NCBI RefSeq assembly: GCF_006345805.1
Contig: NC_043015.1
Coordinates: 13,206,001 to 13,270,000 of the forward strand
Reading direction: 5' to 3'
DNA from: Octopus sinensis
Taxonomy: Eukaryota
DNA length: 64,000 bases
Shown here piece after piece: positions 26,682-41,319 of this stretch. The position numbers were made by a program, and so were the translations under genes. The notes beneath the pieces were generated by a model, which was not told where the DNA came from, made no database searches, and saw only the letters and a list, made by a program, of their open reading frames with translations. Within the stretch, counting starts at the first letter, position 1. Each line of letters begins with the position of its first letter.

Positions 26682-27000
26682 TCATTGATTATTTATGATT
26701 GTGAAGCAATAAAGATGACGGCTTGCTAATAAATCAGCTTGACGTACCCGTGTCTGTACTAACTTCAAAGATGCAATAAATTTTGTTGAAGAAATGCAGA
26801 GAGCTTGCAAAAGCAAATCAAATTTATTTGCAAACTGGAAGTATATTTTTAGCTTGCAGTAAAGCACTAAAGATGAATCTGAAACTGTTAGGCGGTAAAT
26901 AATATAAATAATAAAATGATTGATTTTCAAGGATGATATTTGAAAGACAACTGTATCATGTACAAATGCATGGCTTATATCTCTTTTGCACATCGCTTCT
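26682..27000 (-). pseudogene. hAT transposase C-terminal (dimerisation domain) remnant
   Basis: QFANKFDLLLQALCISSTKFIASLKLVQTRVRQ resembles FPNL..LL...L.IP.S....FS.LK.I.T..R; a second possible hAT remnant lies at about 28370-28635 (+). Confidence 0.4.
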
Positions 27001-27773
27001 GCTAAAATACTAATCCTTTCTGACTGACTCCGGTAAATTTCTATAATTGACCATGAATTTATAAAAGAAGGAATGATATAGTATATCGTTCAATGTTATC
27101 TCTATCTATACATATATATCTCTCCCTCTCTCCTGTTGATTAGACATGTATGTGAAATGAAACTACAAGTGAGTATAAAGGACAGACCACGCTAGGGAGT
27201 TAACACGTAATAGCTGTGGCAATTCTAGAACTAATTACGTGCAACTGAAGCCGCGATCGCAGGTGGCACCCGTGCGGCGCGCTTGCCGAAGATGGCGAGC
27301 TCTCGCCACAACTGCAAACACGAGCACGGCCGCGAACATGAGCAGGAGCACGAGCTCCACGCCTGGTGAGAAACAGCACGCACGGACAAACACACTCGCG
27401 CTTGATCCGGCAACCGACGCACCAGTTTGAGGATAGCGACGTGCCGGCGCTTGTTGGGCCTCATCTCACTCGGTTCACAAGTGATTCAAAAGCAGGAAAC
27501 CGACTAAGTAAAATACTTCTCATTGTGTTAACCGGATAAAACGAGAATTCATGCACGAAGTGTACCTGTTACCTAATACACTTACTGATAAGAAATATTT
27601 TTAGCTGAAATAAAAATAATTTGCTAACAGGTGATTGTCGATAAATGTTAAAAATATGATAATGCAAATATTAAAATTAACAAGAAAGTATGTCATCTCA
27701 AGCAATTGTTAATTTATAGATTACTTGTGTGCCTGCACGCGCGCGTACATATTTATATGCATATATGTATGAA

Positions 27774-27868
<95 letters not shown>

Positions 27869-27947
27869 ATATCTATCTATCTATCTATCTGCGCAGGTGT
27901 GCGTATGTATACATGCATGTATGCATACACTCATATATGTATGCACG

Positions 27948-27982
<35 letters not shown>

Positions 27983-28654
27983 AGAGAGAGAGAGAGAGAG
28001 GGGGGAGAAAGAGAGAGAGAGAGAAAGAGAAAGAGCGAGAGAGATGTACTATACATAAATACAGGCATAAATATTCGCGCGTATGCATTCAGAGACTCAA
28101 AATCGCTCACAACACACGCACATATGTAGTGTGATATATGTTCCTGAAATAAACACAAAGAAATCTTCCAAACAGCTAGATTTTGTAGGCTGGTTTAGTT
28201 CAAAGAAATTGCTTATTTTCTAGATCTAGGAATGAAGGAAGCAGAGAAATAGAACTAGAACCAAATAGAACCAACCACAGTAAAATGTATTCTCACGCGG
28301 AGAAAGACAAAACTAAAAGCGTCAGGTAATTTATTTCAACGATGTGATTTTGTCAAATCACTCACTAAACAGCCGTTATTATGCTGCTTACTCGAGCAAA
28401 CTGTCACACATTACAGGCAAACTATGAAGTCTGTTCCAAGGGTATTTGACAATACTAGTATAAATGAGAAGTATAGATTCAATCAGGAATTATAATCTTG
28501 CTGCAAAGTCTACTTCTCAAAATTCACATCTATGATCAACAGATTCGACTACATCTTTGATTTACTCTACAACAAAGAGGTACAGGAATTGCAACGACTT
28601 TGTGTATTGCTGACACCAAAGAGATTTCAACTATAAGTAAAAAAAAAATAAAAA

Positions 28655-28717
<63 letters not shown>

Positions 28718-29231
28718 TTTTTTTATCGAAGCAGTAAATGCTTACTATTTACCTTCGTAAAACGAAAACCAAAATAAAGGCTTATTTATTTGAAGTTTAA
28801 AACTAACAGCTAAATAAGCAACTATTTGGGCATTCGCAAGAAACTACCATTTAGTTTAGGAAAGATAACCATACAATATTGTGGGTTGAAAAAGAATTAG
28901 GTATGTGATCTGGATAATTTATGAAAGCATTATTAGAAAATATATTTTAAAAATAATATTGCAAGAATTTGTGTATAAGCGTCTCTCATTAGATTGGAAG
29001 TTCTAAAACAATGTAAATTTTTAAAAAACTTGAAATTATGAAATCTTTTGTAAATATATTAATTTCTCTATTTATTGTAAACATATCGATATATTTCGGA
29101 AAAGGTGATCGAGTGACAGATCGCCACATTTGATCTCCTACGAATTTAGTTACATTCTTTCGAATTTAGCTCTCTGGCATATATAGTTATGGAAGGTGCA
29201 TTTTAGCTCCTCTAACACTGTTTTTTTTTTT

Positions 29232-29497
29232 TGTTTGTTCCTTTTCGAGCCACGCCTGACTCATAGGGCCGGTTTCTCGGTTTCCTTGGCGTATAGGTTC
29301 CCCATCTGGACAGGACGCCGGTCCGTCGCAGGTGAGCTGCAAGATGCAGGAGGAAAGAGTGAGAGAAAGTTGTGGCGAAAGAGTCAGCAGAAGTTCGCCA
29401 TTACCTTCTGCCGGAGCCGCGTGAAGCTTATGTATTTCGCTCATAAACACACACGTCGCCCGGTCTAAGATTCGAACACGCGATCCGTCAACCGCGT
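29232..29497 (-). mobile_element. tRNA-derived SINE (family C), 5' end interrupted by family B copies
   Basis: Minus strand has B-box GTGTTCGAATCT, a central GC-rich body and an A-rich tail; a related fragment lies at about 26085-26300. Confidence 0.6.
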
Positions 29498-30909
29498 GGG
29501 TAGTAAAGAAATAGGTATTTCGTCTGCCGCTACGTTCTGAGTTCAAATTCCGTCGAGGTCGACTTTGCTTTTCATCCTTTCGGGGTTGATTAAATAAGTA
29601 CTAGTTACGCATTGGGGTCGATGTAATCGACTTAATCCCTTTGTCTGTCTTTGTTTGTCCCTTCTATGTTTAGCCCCTTGTGGGTAATAAAGAAATAAGA
29701 ATCGTTAGCACACCGGGAAAACTGCTTAGCAACATTTCGTCTGTCTTCGTGCTCTGAGTTCAAATTTCGCCAAGGTTGACTTTGCCTTTCATCCATTCGG
29801 GGTCGATAAAATAAGTACCATTTGAATACTGGAGGTCGCTGTAATCCATTTAACTCCTCCATCGAACTTGCTGGCCTTGTACCATAATTTGAAACCAATA
29901 TTTATTTCCCATTTATCTGAAGACTTACCGTTCAGGTGGAATAAAACTCCAGTCATTCAAATAACTGGTTTCGGACGAGTAGCACAACTGGTTAGCAGAA
30001 GTACCCACCCGCCTCACTACTTTAGTTCTGTCGCCACCTTTCTGCTACTCATATGCTGAAAGATATTTAATCATCACTTTTTAGATTCAAAGCTACCTAT
30101 AACGACAATTGTTGGAAATAAAGATTTTCTTCTTTTTTTATGTATGAGTGTGTATATGTTTGTGTGTGTGTGTGTGTGTGTTTGAACCCCCAACATCACT
30201 TGACAACCGATGCTAGTGTGTTTACGTCCCCGTAACTTAGCGGTTCGGCAAAAGAGAGTCCGATGGAATAAGTACTAGGCTTACAAAGAATAAGTCCTGG
30301 GGTCGATTTGCTCGACTAAAGGCGGTGCTCCAGCATGGCCAGAGTCAAATGACTGAAACAAGTAAAAGAGTAAAAGAGTAAATAGAGTACTTGAAACTAA
30401 GATTTTCTCACTGATTTGATATAGAGATTGTCGTTGTTTAGTCAATTAGTTGATTGAATGGTCAGAACAATAATAAAATCCATCCTTTTAGGGTAATCTA
30501 ATGTATGCTTCGATGTGACACGAGGGGGATTTGGCTACGACTTCTAATAAATCAAATGACCTCCTAGAGACTGCTTTAAAGGGTTTAGACGAACAAATCG
30601 ACTCCGGTACTTATATTTTAATTCTTGTACTTATTCTATCGCCCTCTTTTGCTGAACTGTTAAGTTGCGGAGATGTAAACAAATCATTTATTGTGAAGCG
30701 GTGGACAGGGGACAAATACAGACACAAAGACACACATACATATATACAACGGGCTTCCACACAGTTTTCATCTGCCAAATTCCCTCACGAGGCATTAATC
30801 GGTCAGGAGCTATACTAGAATATACTTGTCCAAGGTGTCGCGCCGAAGGACTGAACCTGAAACTAGGTGGTTCCAAAGTGGAATTCTTAACTACACAGTC
30901 ATGTCTACA

Positions 30910-30947
<38 letters not shown>

Positions 30948-31199
30948 CATACGCATATATATATATAACGGGTAATTCACGAACTCCAATATACCGCGTT
31001 GAAGTAATGTTGGATCCAATGTTTAACGACTTCTTAATCTCAACACAAGGCACCAAGTTTTTAGAGAAGTGATATCGTCTACTGACAAACCTAGTTTATA
31101 CCTGTTCATAACAATGCTAAAGAATGAAAGTCATAGCCGTCTGTTTCAGATTTAGCACGCAAAATACACAGGATTTGATGTAGGTACAAAGCCTTAAAT

Positions 31200-31451
31200 C
31201 AGTGGTTCACAACTGGGGTTCATATGACCCTTAGGGGTCCATATAAGCTTTTGTGGTTAAAATCTATCTGTAAATACTTGTTTATACTTCTCCAGTACTC
31301 AAAATATTTTAGCAATTTTTTCAGTTCCTAATAATATTTAATTATAAAACATGTAATATGATTTTTTAAGCATTGACTGCTTATGAGGGTCCACCGGAGT
31401 AAAATAGGAATCAAAAGGGTTCATAGGTGAAAAAATGATTGAGGAACACTG
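31200..31451. mobile_element. hAT MITE
   Basis: Ends CAGTGGTTCACAA / TTGAGGAACACTG; perfect 8-bp TSD CCTTAAAT (31192-31199, 31452-31459). Confidence 0.85.
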
Positions 31452-31555
31452 CCTTAAATTAAAAAGAGAAAAAAAGACACCTATAGTCGTCATTCGTAAG
31501 CGAATATGACTGAATAGTGCGTACCATATGTTCGCTAATTGTCTTATGTGCCGAT

Positions 31556-31877
31556 AGTGAAGGCGCGTGGCTTAGTGGGTAGGGCATTCGGCTCGCGATT
31601 GTAAGGTCGTGAGTTCGATTCCCGGCGACGCGTTGTGTCATTGAGCAAGGCATTTTATTTCACGTTGCTCCAGTCCACTCAGCTGGCAAAAATTAGTTGC
31701 ACCTGTATTTCAAAGGGCCTGCCTTGTCACACTCTGTGTCACGCTGAATCTCCCTGAGATCTACGTTAGGGGTACACATGTCTGTGGATCGCTCACGAGC
31801 AGGCTGTTCCGTTAATCGTATCAGCTGGGACCCTCGTCGTCGTAACCGACGGAGTGCTCCTAATAATAATAATAATA
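31556..31877 (+). mobile_element. full-length tRNA-derived SINE (family D) with (TAA)n tail
   Basis: A box TGGCTTAGTGG, B box GAGTTCGATTCC, central GTGTCATTGAGCAAGGCA; TSD TATGTGCCGAT at 31545-31555 and 31878-31888. Confidence 0.85.
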
Positions 31878-32294
31878 TATGTGCCGATGTAGCCACGAGT
31901 AAATACAGATATCCTCTCGGCACTCCAATCCTTGATCCATCAGGATATCCAGGATGTGAGAGCTGGAGGGAGAGAGAGAGAGAGAGAAAGAAAGAAAGCG
32001 AGAGAGAAGGAAAAAGAGAAAGAGAGAGGAGTTGCACTATTTTCAGTTGAGTAGACTGAGACAATGTTAAAAAGAAATGCCTTGATTGAGGGTACCATAA
32101 ACTGATCTGTACAAAGATCGAATCCTCAGATTTATGGTTGTCAGCTGGGATACGTCTCTCTGCTTAATTTTAATGGGAGCTTTGTATTTTAGGAACAGAC
32201 ATGGCTGATTGATTGAGAAACTCGCTTTGCAAACATGGTTTCGCGTTCGGTCCCACTGCATAACACTTTGGCCAAGTGTCTTCTACTATAGCCC

Positions 32295-32327
<33 letters not shown>

Positions 32328-32431
32328 ACATATATATATATAGATATACATATGTATGTGTGTGTGTGTAATCTATATCTATATCTATCTATCTATATAT
32401 ATATATATGCATATATATATATGTACACACT

Positions 32432-32500
<69 letters not shown>

Positions 32501-32566
32501 TATATATATATATGTACACATATATATATATACGTATATATATATATATATATTATATATATATAT

Positions 32567-32990
32567 ATTGACTCCTGATATGTTTACTAAATGATAAAGT
32601 TTTTCTCCACGGGTAGTAAATATTATGTCTAACATATTCTTTTAATTCGACTCATTAATAAAACAAATTACCATTTACTAGCTAATTATGATTCTATATT
32701 AATGGAAATAGGGATATATAAATATGAAATAATCGCAAATAATTCTATATATCTCGAGAAATTACTTGGTTCATCTTGATTACCTCCCTTCCATTACTTT
32801 TTAATATATCTTATTGATCCTGATATATGTACTAAATTAATAATGTCTTTCCCACAGTTAGTAAATATTATGTCTAACATTTTCTGTTAATTCAACTCAT
32901 TAAAATAATCACCTCTTACTAGCTAATTATGATTATATATTAATGGAAATGGATATATATATATATTTGTATAAATATGAAATGATTTCT
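32567..32990. repeat. diverged direct duplication of about 150-180 bp, period about 246 bp
   Basis: TAGTAAATATTATGTCTAACAT...TTACTAGCTAATTATGATT..TATATTAATGGAAAT occurs twice (about 32614 and 32859). Confidence 0.8.
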
Positions 32991-33721
32991 ATATTTTCTA
33001 TCCCTATATAAGATACTAATGTTAATTGAAATCATTTAGAAAATTGTCTAAAGAATATTTACTTAAATTTCTTAATATAGAATCTGGATGTCAAATGGTA
33101 AGAGACATTAAAACCTCTAGAGCACTAGTAATCTCGTATGTTCCCCTACCCCTCTAACTTCAACATACTAGCTTTTTGCTATAGTGCATTCAAACGTATC
33201 TGGGCTGGGTTTCTCAGAATGGGAATAGGTTTATGGTTTTGACATTTGTTCTACCTCTTCCTATATCTATAAATAGAAAAATTCTTTGTCTCCATCCAAC
33301 CAAAAATAAAATCCCCCTCCCCACTGACAGATCTAAATAACAAAGTGAAAAAATCGACAGTGAGGGAGTAAATTTACTACTATCATGTTCTTAAGAATGA
33401 AATCAACCTCTCTGTCTATATATTTACACTCTTTATAATGTTGGCAAATGAAATAGGGATAAGAATGTGCATTGTCCGTTTGATTGGAAAATTTCTATAA
33501 GTAGCTGAAGATGGCTCGTCATTTTAAAACTGATGTAATACTTACAGTGTTTAATAAAATGAAGTAGCATGAAACAATTGTACCACTATACCTCGGATAT
33601 ACTTGTCGCTTATTTTGATTATAATCACCCCATTTGATTTATATGGATAATACCATACACAATTCTGGTGCCTTTGACTTAAGTACCATATTCATGTGAA
33701 TCTAAATTTTGCTGAACTTAC

Positions 33722-33775
<54 letters not shown>

Positions 33776-34424
33776 CATATACACACATACACACACATAT
33801 ACGTGTATGTAAGTATGCAAGTGTTTGTCTTTGAGTTGATGTTTATCTCCTATCATTGTTTGATAACCGGTGTTGGTTTCTTTATGTCCTGTAACTTAGC
33901 AGTTCGTCAAAATAACTTGCTAGAAGTGTCAGATTTAAAAATAAATCTCGGGAACTTTTTTTTAGTGTCCCAGCATGGCTGCAGTCCAATGACTGAAACA
34001 AGTAAATGATGAAAGATATTGTTTAATCGATTTCTCAAGGAAAATAAGAACGGGATTGAATTAGTTAAACCAAGAATGGAAGCCAAATCGTGCTTTGCTG
34101 AGAGAGTGCAGTTACCTTCAATATCTATTTTCTCAGGATAAAAATATATTGAATAGATGGCTAAGTGGATATATTGTTAGCTTCATCAGTTGCTACTTCA
34201 TTTCAATTCAAATATATTTTAGCTTATCAGTTTCCGTTTACAGATGAAACATAATTTTAGACCCCAAATTAATTGAAAAGTTATATGTTGAAGAACAAGT
34301 TTAAACTAAACTTCCATTTATATCTGTCAAAACTCATGGTAACCGACATCCATCTCCAAGTTTGTATACATACATACATACACCACCTATCTTGTCTTTT
34401 TCTTTGTGAATTCTCCCTATATAT

Positions 34425-34467
<43 letters not shown>

Positions 34468-35920
34468 ATCTAAACCACAATCACTTCGAATGAATGAGTT
34501 TTTCAACGTTTCGGAAGCACTGAATTTATCAATTGTGAGTAACCATACAGAAACTGGAAAATAGTATGGTGGCCAGGAAAGTTGCTATGGTAACTAATCA
34601 ATAATCGTTTCGATTATATTAATGTGCATCGATTAAATTAAACGTGAAATTGTAACGGCAGCAAGTTTATATTCTGGTTGCCAAGTAACAATGTTCTTTT
34701 TCGCTAATTTTGCAGAACACTTTTAATGCTGTCACTACTGGAAAAATTCTTTATGGCAAATGCTTAGATTTTACTGCTATCCAAGGCGAACGTTGGGAGT
34801 TATTTCATTGATTAAGTATTTATCAAGTTCAAGATTCCTTGTTTGAACTTATAGGAAAGTAAATGTAGTCGGGAAATAAAGTAGCGTGATATAGTTGATA
34901 ATATTGTTCCTCTTTGTTGACAGAAGACTACAGTGATCTTGTATTGAATATCTATTTGAAATTATTGTTAATTCTATTTTATCTAGATACCTGAAAAATT
35001 GTAAAAAAAAAAACAAGGTTTTTAGAACACACTCAAATCTGACAATAAATCTATGACCAAAAACATTCCTGTAGTGACTATACCGTCTTTTCGTATATCT
35101 TGGACTATATTGTATAATGTATCCTTCTTTTTTTAAGACTGTTGGGGTATGAGGAGGAAATTTGTTTGCTATTTCTAATACGTAAACCTACAACATAGAG
35201 ACTTTCTATTGGCTCGTTATAATAGAGACTCTTACCGTTTAGCCTCAGATCTGCCCTGATTAAGAAGACTTATGGTCAATGTCATTCCAACCACGACAAG
35301 AGGAATATAGGTCTGCATTATCTATTGTGTTATTTTTTAGTTTTGAGTCAATAAGGGTGAGATATGAGTGAGATTTGGCTGCGATTTCTAGTTAGTCAAA
35401 AGACCACCTGAAAGTTCCCTCATAAATTTATTATTACAATGGCTGTTGGCAGCGGTGGAGCTGAGTTTGAAAGCAAAAGCTTAATGATTCTTTTATTTTA
35501 ATATAAAAACAGCTCCAGTTTCGTTTAAATGCCTGTGCTGTTTTTGATTAATGGAGATGTCTTAACTAGCACTGAAATCTTGACAGATAAGATTCGAACT
35601 AGTTTGAAATTGAATGATGTAGTACGTAATTTAGAAAAAGAAAATCAATAGTCATTTATAGTTAAGACAGAACACGAAATACAAGTACGCTGAACTTTTT
35701 CACCTAAAGCAAATGTAAAGCTATCATTTAATATTTGCAATCGTCGTTTACGACAATGTCTCATTCTGAAGGTGACCCAGAAGAGTGTCTTTCAGTTAAG
35801 AGAAATAATGTGTGAGGCCGTTTAGTGCGTGCGTTTGTGTTTGTCTTCTTCAACCCTTTCCACTCTCTAAACTTCACATCAACCAGCACTACTCCGCCAT
35901 TGAATTTCCTGGACACCCCC

Positions 35921-35956
<36 letters not shown>

Positions 35957-37600
35957 TGATCTTGATTTTATCTACCCGTGTCTTCACAAACGTTTCATCT
36001 CATCTCACTATACTTTCCCTACTTTATTTGCTATCTCCTATTTGAAATTCCTTCTCTTCCGTTGCCTCTGTAACTGTGACCCCAAATTTGATACGCAACA
36101 TCATTTTCCCCTTCATCTGTCATCATGACACCTTAACTTTCCAATGCTATAGCTTATATCTCTTTCAGTTTCACTAAGTGACCAACTTCTCACAATCTTC
36201 CCTTAAAGCACTTTTTCTTCGTTCTGCATGAACGAAACGCAGCCAAATCCCTGTGACTTGGTCTATACTCCTTTCTTACTTCACCACAATCAACTTGGAT
36301 TCTTTGCTTGTCCCCGTGGTAATACCTCTCCATTAATCCGAAGTATTACTACACTATATGGTACCTGACTTCACCTACTATGTCACCGACTTTATAATTT
36401 ATTGAGTAGTTATTGATCAATAATGATAAATATGAACTTGGAAAAATCCATGGAAGTTACCAAACCGCTTTAAAGACCGTCTTTTAGGCACCTGAATTAA
36501 TAATATCGGAACATTTCGAGTTTTAGATCACCAATTTCTTTCTTTCTGTAACTACCTGTCTCTCTACCCGTTAATCTGCAGTCTTCACAGCTCACCTATT
36601 TAAATTTATTAATCTCTTTGCTTTCCTTAATAACACTGTCTCTTCCAAACACATTCTGCTCTAATAAACATTCGCTTCTAGATTTCGCAGACTCTCTCCA
36701 GCTCCACACACGCATAATGACATCAGTTGACTGAAATTTTTGGACAGTACAGACAATGCAGTTTGGAGTGGATTTGGTCTTTAAAGCCAGTTGGTGAAAG
36801 GAACGGACATGTTTCGGCATTATTAGACCTTCTCAGTGAAGTATATTCCACAAAGTTGATATGACTAAGAATTATCGACACAAAGACATAGAGGGAATGC
36901 TGTGAAGCTGATTATGAATATTAACAATATGGCTGAGGTAAAATAATTCAGCTGAGCGTTTGATCATTCTTAAAATTCATTAAAATAATTCCCTTAGAGA
37001 TGATAGCAATCGTTATCTAAATTATTAATTCTGGTAAAAAGAAAGAAGAGAATAAAACACCGAAATGTAATTATTTAATTAAAATGGATTAAATATGGAA
37101 TAAATTTGTTTTTTACAGAGCCATTACGCACACACAAGTAATGATTCTGTTAATTACTAATTCATCAATGGAAAACACTCTGCTTGGTCACAAACTATAA
37201 AACAGAAGAACGAAGGAGAATTTTAAAACTCTTCCCAATTTGTAATTATCTTTTACATAGCTTCTAACACAGTAATAAAATCTGACATTTGAAATTATAT
37301 GGAGCTTCGTGATTTGTTTTGCTTAGGAATCGTTAGAACAAAAATAATCTTAAGAAAAAAGAAAAAAAAACTAGGTTATTTAAAAGAAGTAGATGCACCC
37401 CCCCCATCGCCATCGCCATTGCCACCGCCACACAAGTCAACGTGAATAAGTTTGGAATAAAATAGTAATTTACATTTGAGTAATGTTTTGATTTTTTAAA
37501 ATAGGGGACATCTCAATTTAAATGCCAAGTCAACAATATTTGGTTTCAATTTCAGAAGTGTAAGCGCGCGCACGTTGTGTGTGCATGTATGTACATACAC

Positions 37601-37654
<54 letters not shown>

Positions 37655-40600
37655 ATATTTTCAAATTCAAGCATCTACTAAAGTTCAGCACCTACTAAAG
37701 TTCTCTCAGTCTGTACTTAACTGTCCCAAAGCGACATATCAGTTACCGAGTAGCCGCTTTATGCTCCGCTATGTCTATAAATATAAAGCTTGTAAGGCTG
37801 GTGCTTACCTTAAGCACCAGTAGCTTTATGTATTCAAGTTTTATGTATTTACCTCTGGATGGAATCGTTATAGATCGCAGGGAACTTGCATCCTATTCTC
37901 CTGATAAATATGTAGTGAGCAGCTACAAAGTAAGTAAGCTAAGATTCGAAACCGAATCTACATTTTTTCCCATTGTCAAACAAATCTTCAACCCATTGTT
38001 TTAGCCTTTTTGCTCTCGGCGATAAATATTCTACTGCATCTACAATCAAGCTCTGTACACACAAAGAAACCACCCGAGGAAATTGTATACTTCTTATGTA
38101 TTGTAACGAGTTGCATTATGATTGATATAAAATAAATGGCCATCTAATCAAATAATTAATTATTCTTCCGTCATTTCTCTGATGTATTATGACAATAAAA
38201 TTCACTCGATACAGATATATTGAATTAAATTATATTAACAGCACAATAAACGCTACCTTATTTAATCAGCCGAAGTAATAAAACCAAAGGAACACATAAA
38301 AGTATTAAAATAATAACAAAATGAAACGTGTAAAAATGAAATGTTTTATTTTCTCAACAAATCTCAATGAACAGAAGTACAAGCAAAAACAAATGGGAGA
38401 ATAAGCGATTTGTGTTTACATGCAATTCACACACATGTATGCATTTCTATGTATAAAAACATGCACATCAGTGCATATGCTTGTCCTTTTCCTACCGGTG
38501 CAAACTGAATATCTTGCTTGTCACGAACTGTTAAAACAGAAAGGATCATCAAAGAAAGGTGGAGCAATATTTTGATAGTCAAATCTAAACAACGACTGTA
38601 AGTACTTAATTTTATGAATGGTGATACTTGAAACCATAGATTTAACACATAAGCTGTTGAATAATAATTCTTGAGAACGTGTGTAAATATATGTATGCAT
38701 GTGTGTGTGTGTGTGTGTGTAACGTTAGTTAAATTAAAATCTAAGAAGGTCAAAATCTCAGAGTTCAAATTACGTCGAGCGAGAACGGCTGCCAGTAAAA
38801 ATGACTGCTTTCCTGAGATGGTGTAATTGAGATGAGATCTGGAAAACGTGGTCAAAGCAGCATCTGTTTATAAGCAATATAACAGGTTCTACAATACACG
38901 ATTTTATTATTAATAAATAAATAAAATGAATAAATAAATTCAACTTAGTGTGTGGGAAAGACTCGCTTATTTGGTTTTTGCGTGTGAGATCGACTGGGGG
39001 TATCGAGTTTAGTAGACTTTTATATGGTTGATATTGCTGTGGTTTTGATGTTTACCGAATTTTGCCTTCTCTGTCGTTCACGTATCCTTCTCTTCGTAAC
39101 TCTAGCTCTTTCTTTCTCTCTCAATCTTCCTTCCTAGATCTGTCTCATTGATGACTACCAAATATATATGAAAGTGCAAGAGAAGGAGTGGGGATATGTT
39201 GCAGAACCGGAAGTTCTGCTTAAGGCACAATTTCATAAGGGTCAAGTGCAGGTGTTAAATAAATGTTACAAGTAGAACAGAAGTCGTGTTAGATCGTACT
39301 ATAGTGGAATGTTTAACAACAGCAAGAATCAGAACTTTGCGATGCGATGTAGAAAAGGTGTGGAGATCAAATTTGCAAAATGGCTTCAGAACTCTGAACC
39401 ATTCGATTGTATTTTAATGGGTATGTTCTTTACTTGTCAATATTTGTATGACTGTGCGGGTGTGTGTAGGAATGAGGGAAATAAATAGAACTATTTCTTA
39501 AATTTAGATGTTTGCTTTACTTTGAAATAGATATGTAAGCAGGAAATGTTTTGAAAAAATATATATACTCATATATTTACAAATAAATTTCACGTTCTAT
39601 GTGCATGTGTGTGAGTGTGTGTGTGTGTGTGTATAAGGATACTTTATTATCTACGTGAAAATGTTTTAAAGGAGATCAAAGGTTATGTCAATAAATATTT
39701 AATTACTTATACTTTGAATGAAATTTTCATTATTCAGTTTTAAGTGTAAATGTTACAATTTTGTCTATTTTGTGAGTGATATTGAATCTTATCGAGTTAT
39801 GTGATTGCTTTGAATAAATAAATATTTTAAGAGCATATACTGAATATAAACGTAAGCCAAAAGGGAACATAAACAACCATACAGTAAAAAGGAAACCTGA
39901 ACTCCTCTGTATTTCTTTGAAATTATATAGTGTTATTTGTGCGCTGGTAAACCCCCAAAAATCGATCTTAGAGGACAATTTAAGCAACCTAAACTAGCTG
40001 GCGCCTTCCATATGTCTACATATATTTACCAAACAAATGGTGAACTACGCTATTTGAAGAATAATTTCTACATACCAGTAATGTATGACAGCTAAGCTAC
40101 TCGATTTTTTTTATTGCTTCGAATCCAAACTACACTAAAATAATATTACTTCGAAATTACAGAAGAGAAACAGTCCCATATATATATATATATATACATA
40201 TATACACGTCAGGAAATACTTAGAATTTAAAAAAAACAGCAACTTATATGAAAATTAAATAAAGCTTGTAAGTTACATTTTTTTTTTTTGAAGAGACTGT
40301 TGACTTTTATTCGCATTCATTTTTCCTTTTAATGCTTGGGCGATATTTATAATATTATTATTTATTTGCTTTTCTTTTATTTCTTGGGAGCTGATGGGAA
40401 AGTTACGGGAAAGCGTCAATTGTATTTAGTATTTCTAAATCCGATTACAAACGATTACCACTGGCAAGTCTGGGTAAAAATTTCTATTAATGATTAGAAA
40501 TAACCAATAGATGAGATTAAGACACAGTATGTGTGTGTGTGCGTACATGTTTGTATGTGTCTGTGTGTTTATAATCTTGTGTCTTAGGAAAAAAAATCTT

Positions 40601-41191
40601 AATTCACTACTGGACACTAGTGTGTGAGTATATATATATGTTCATTAAGAAATAGAGGATCTATATGGATTATATTTGCAAAAGTTTGGTTTTCTAACAA
40701 GATTCCATGGTATGATGGAAATTTATGTGTATTTTTTTCCCTTGGATGCTAGGATGCTAAGTAGTGTAGGCTGTTTTACACGAAGTATGAAAATATATAT
40801 TTCTCTGACTCAAAGTGAGTTGGGGAAGCAAATATGATTCGTATCACTCACACCATATATATATGTATATATATATAGATGTTAATACAAAGACAAATTT
40901 ATATACATAACAATGCTACGTACTTTCACATTACATAACTACACAAATATTAGTGGTTGCAGATAAGAGTTCCTTATACGATTGTACCATTTTGTTTGGA
41001 CGAACAGGGAAAACTCCAGGGATCTATTTTCTTCATGTCTACACACATAATTGTGTGTGTATGTCTGTGTGTGTCTAATTTGGCTCATTCAGGAAAGTTT
41101 TGCAAAGTCTGTCGGCCATTTCTTTTCTGAGTCAATTTCCCAAGCTGCTGGAGGCAACATTTTTGCGTTGGTTCTGGTGGAATTTAGCTTT

Positions 41192-41319
41192 TTAAAACAT
41201 AGCGTATCTTGCTGTAGTTGAGTTCTTTTGGGCTTTCGTCATGATTTGAACCAGGAAACTGGACAAACTGCGTTTACGCCTTTGAACCATGTTGGAGATG
41301 TTGTCCAAGTCGCTGGCAA
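41192..41319 (-). CDS. coding exon 3 of a secreted prepropeptide gene (VASDLDNISNMVQRRKRSLSSFLVQIMTKAQKNSTTARYAMF*)
   Basis: Acceptor ATTTATTTTAG| at 41320; phase 1 matches the exon 2 donor (G+TT=Val); contains an RRKR convertase/furin site; candidate AATAAA signals at about 40305-40381. Confidence 0.75.

Noticed and set aside
36810-36870. QLCGIYFTEKV**C as an insulin B-chain relic
   Set aside because: Cys spacing is one residue short, stops are present and no A-chain motif was found
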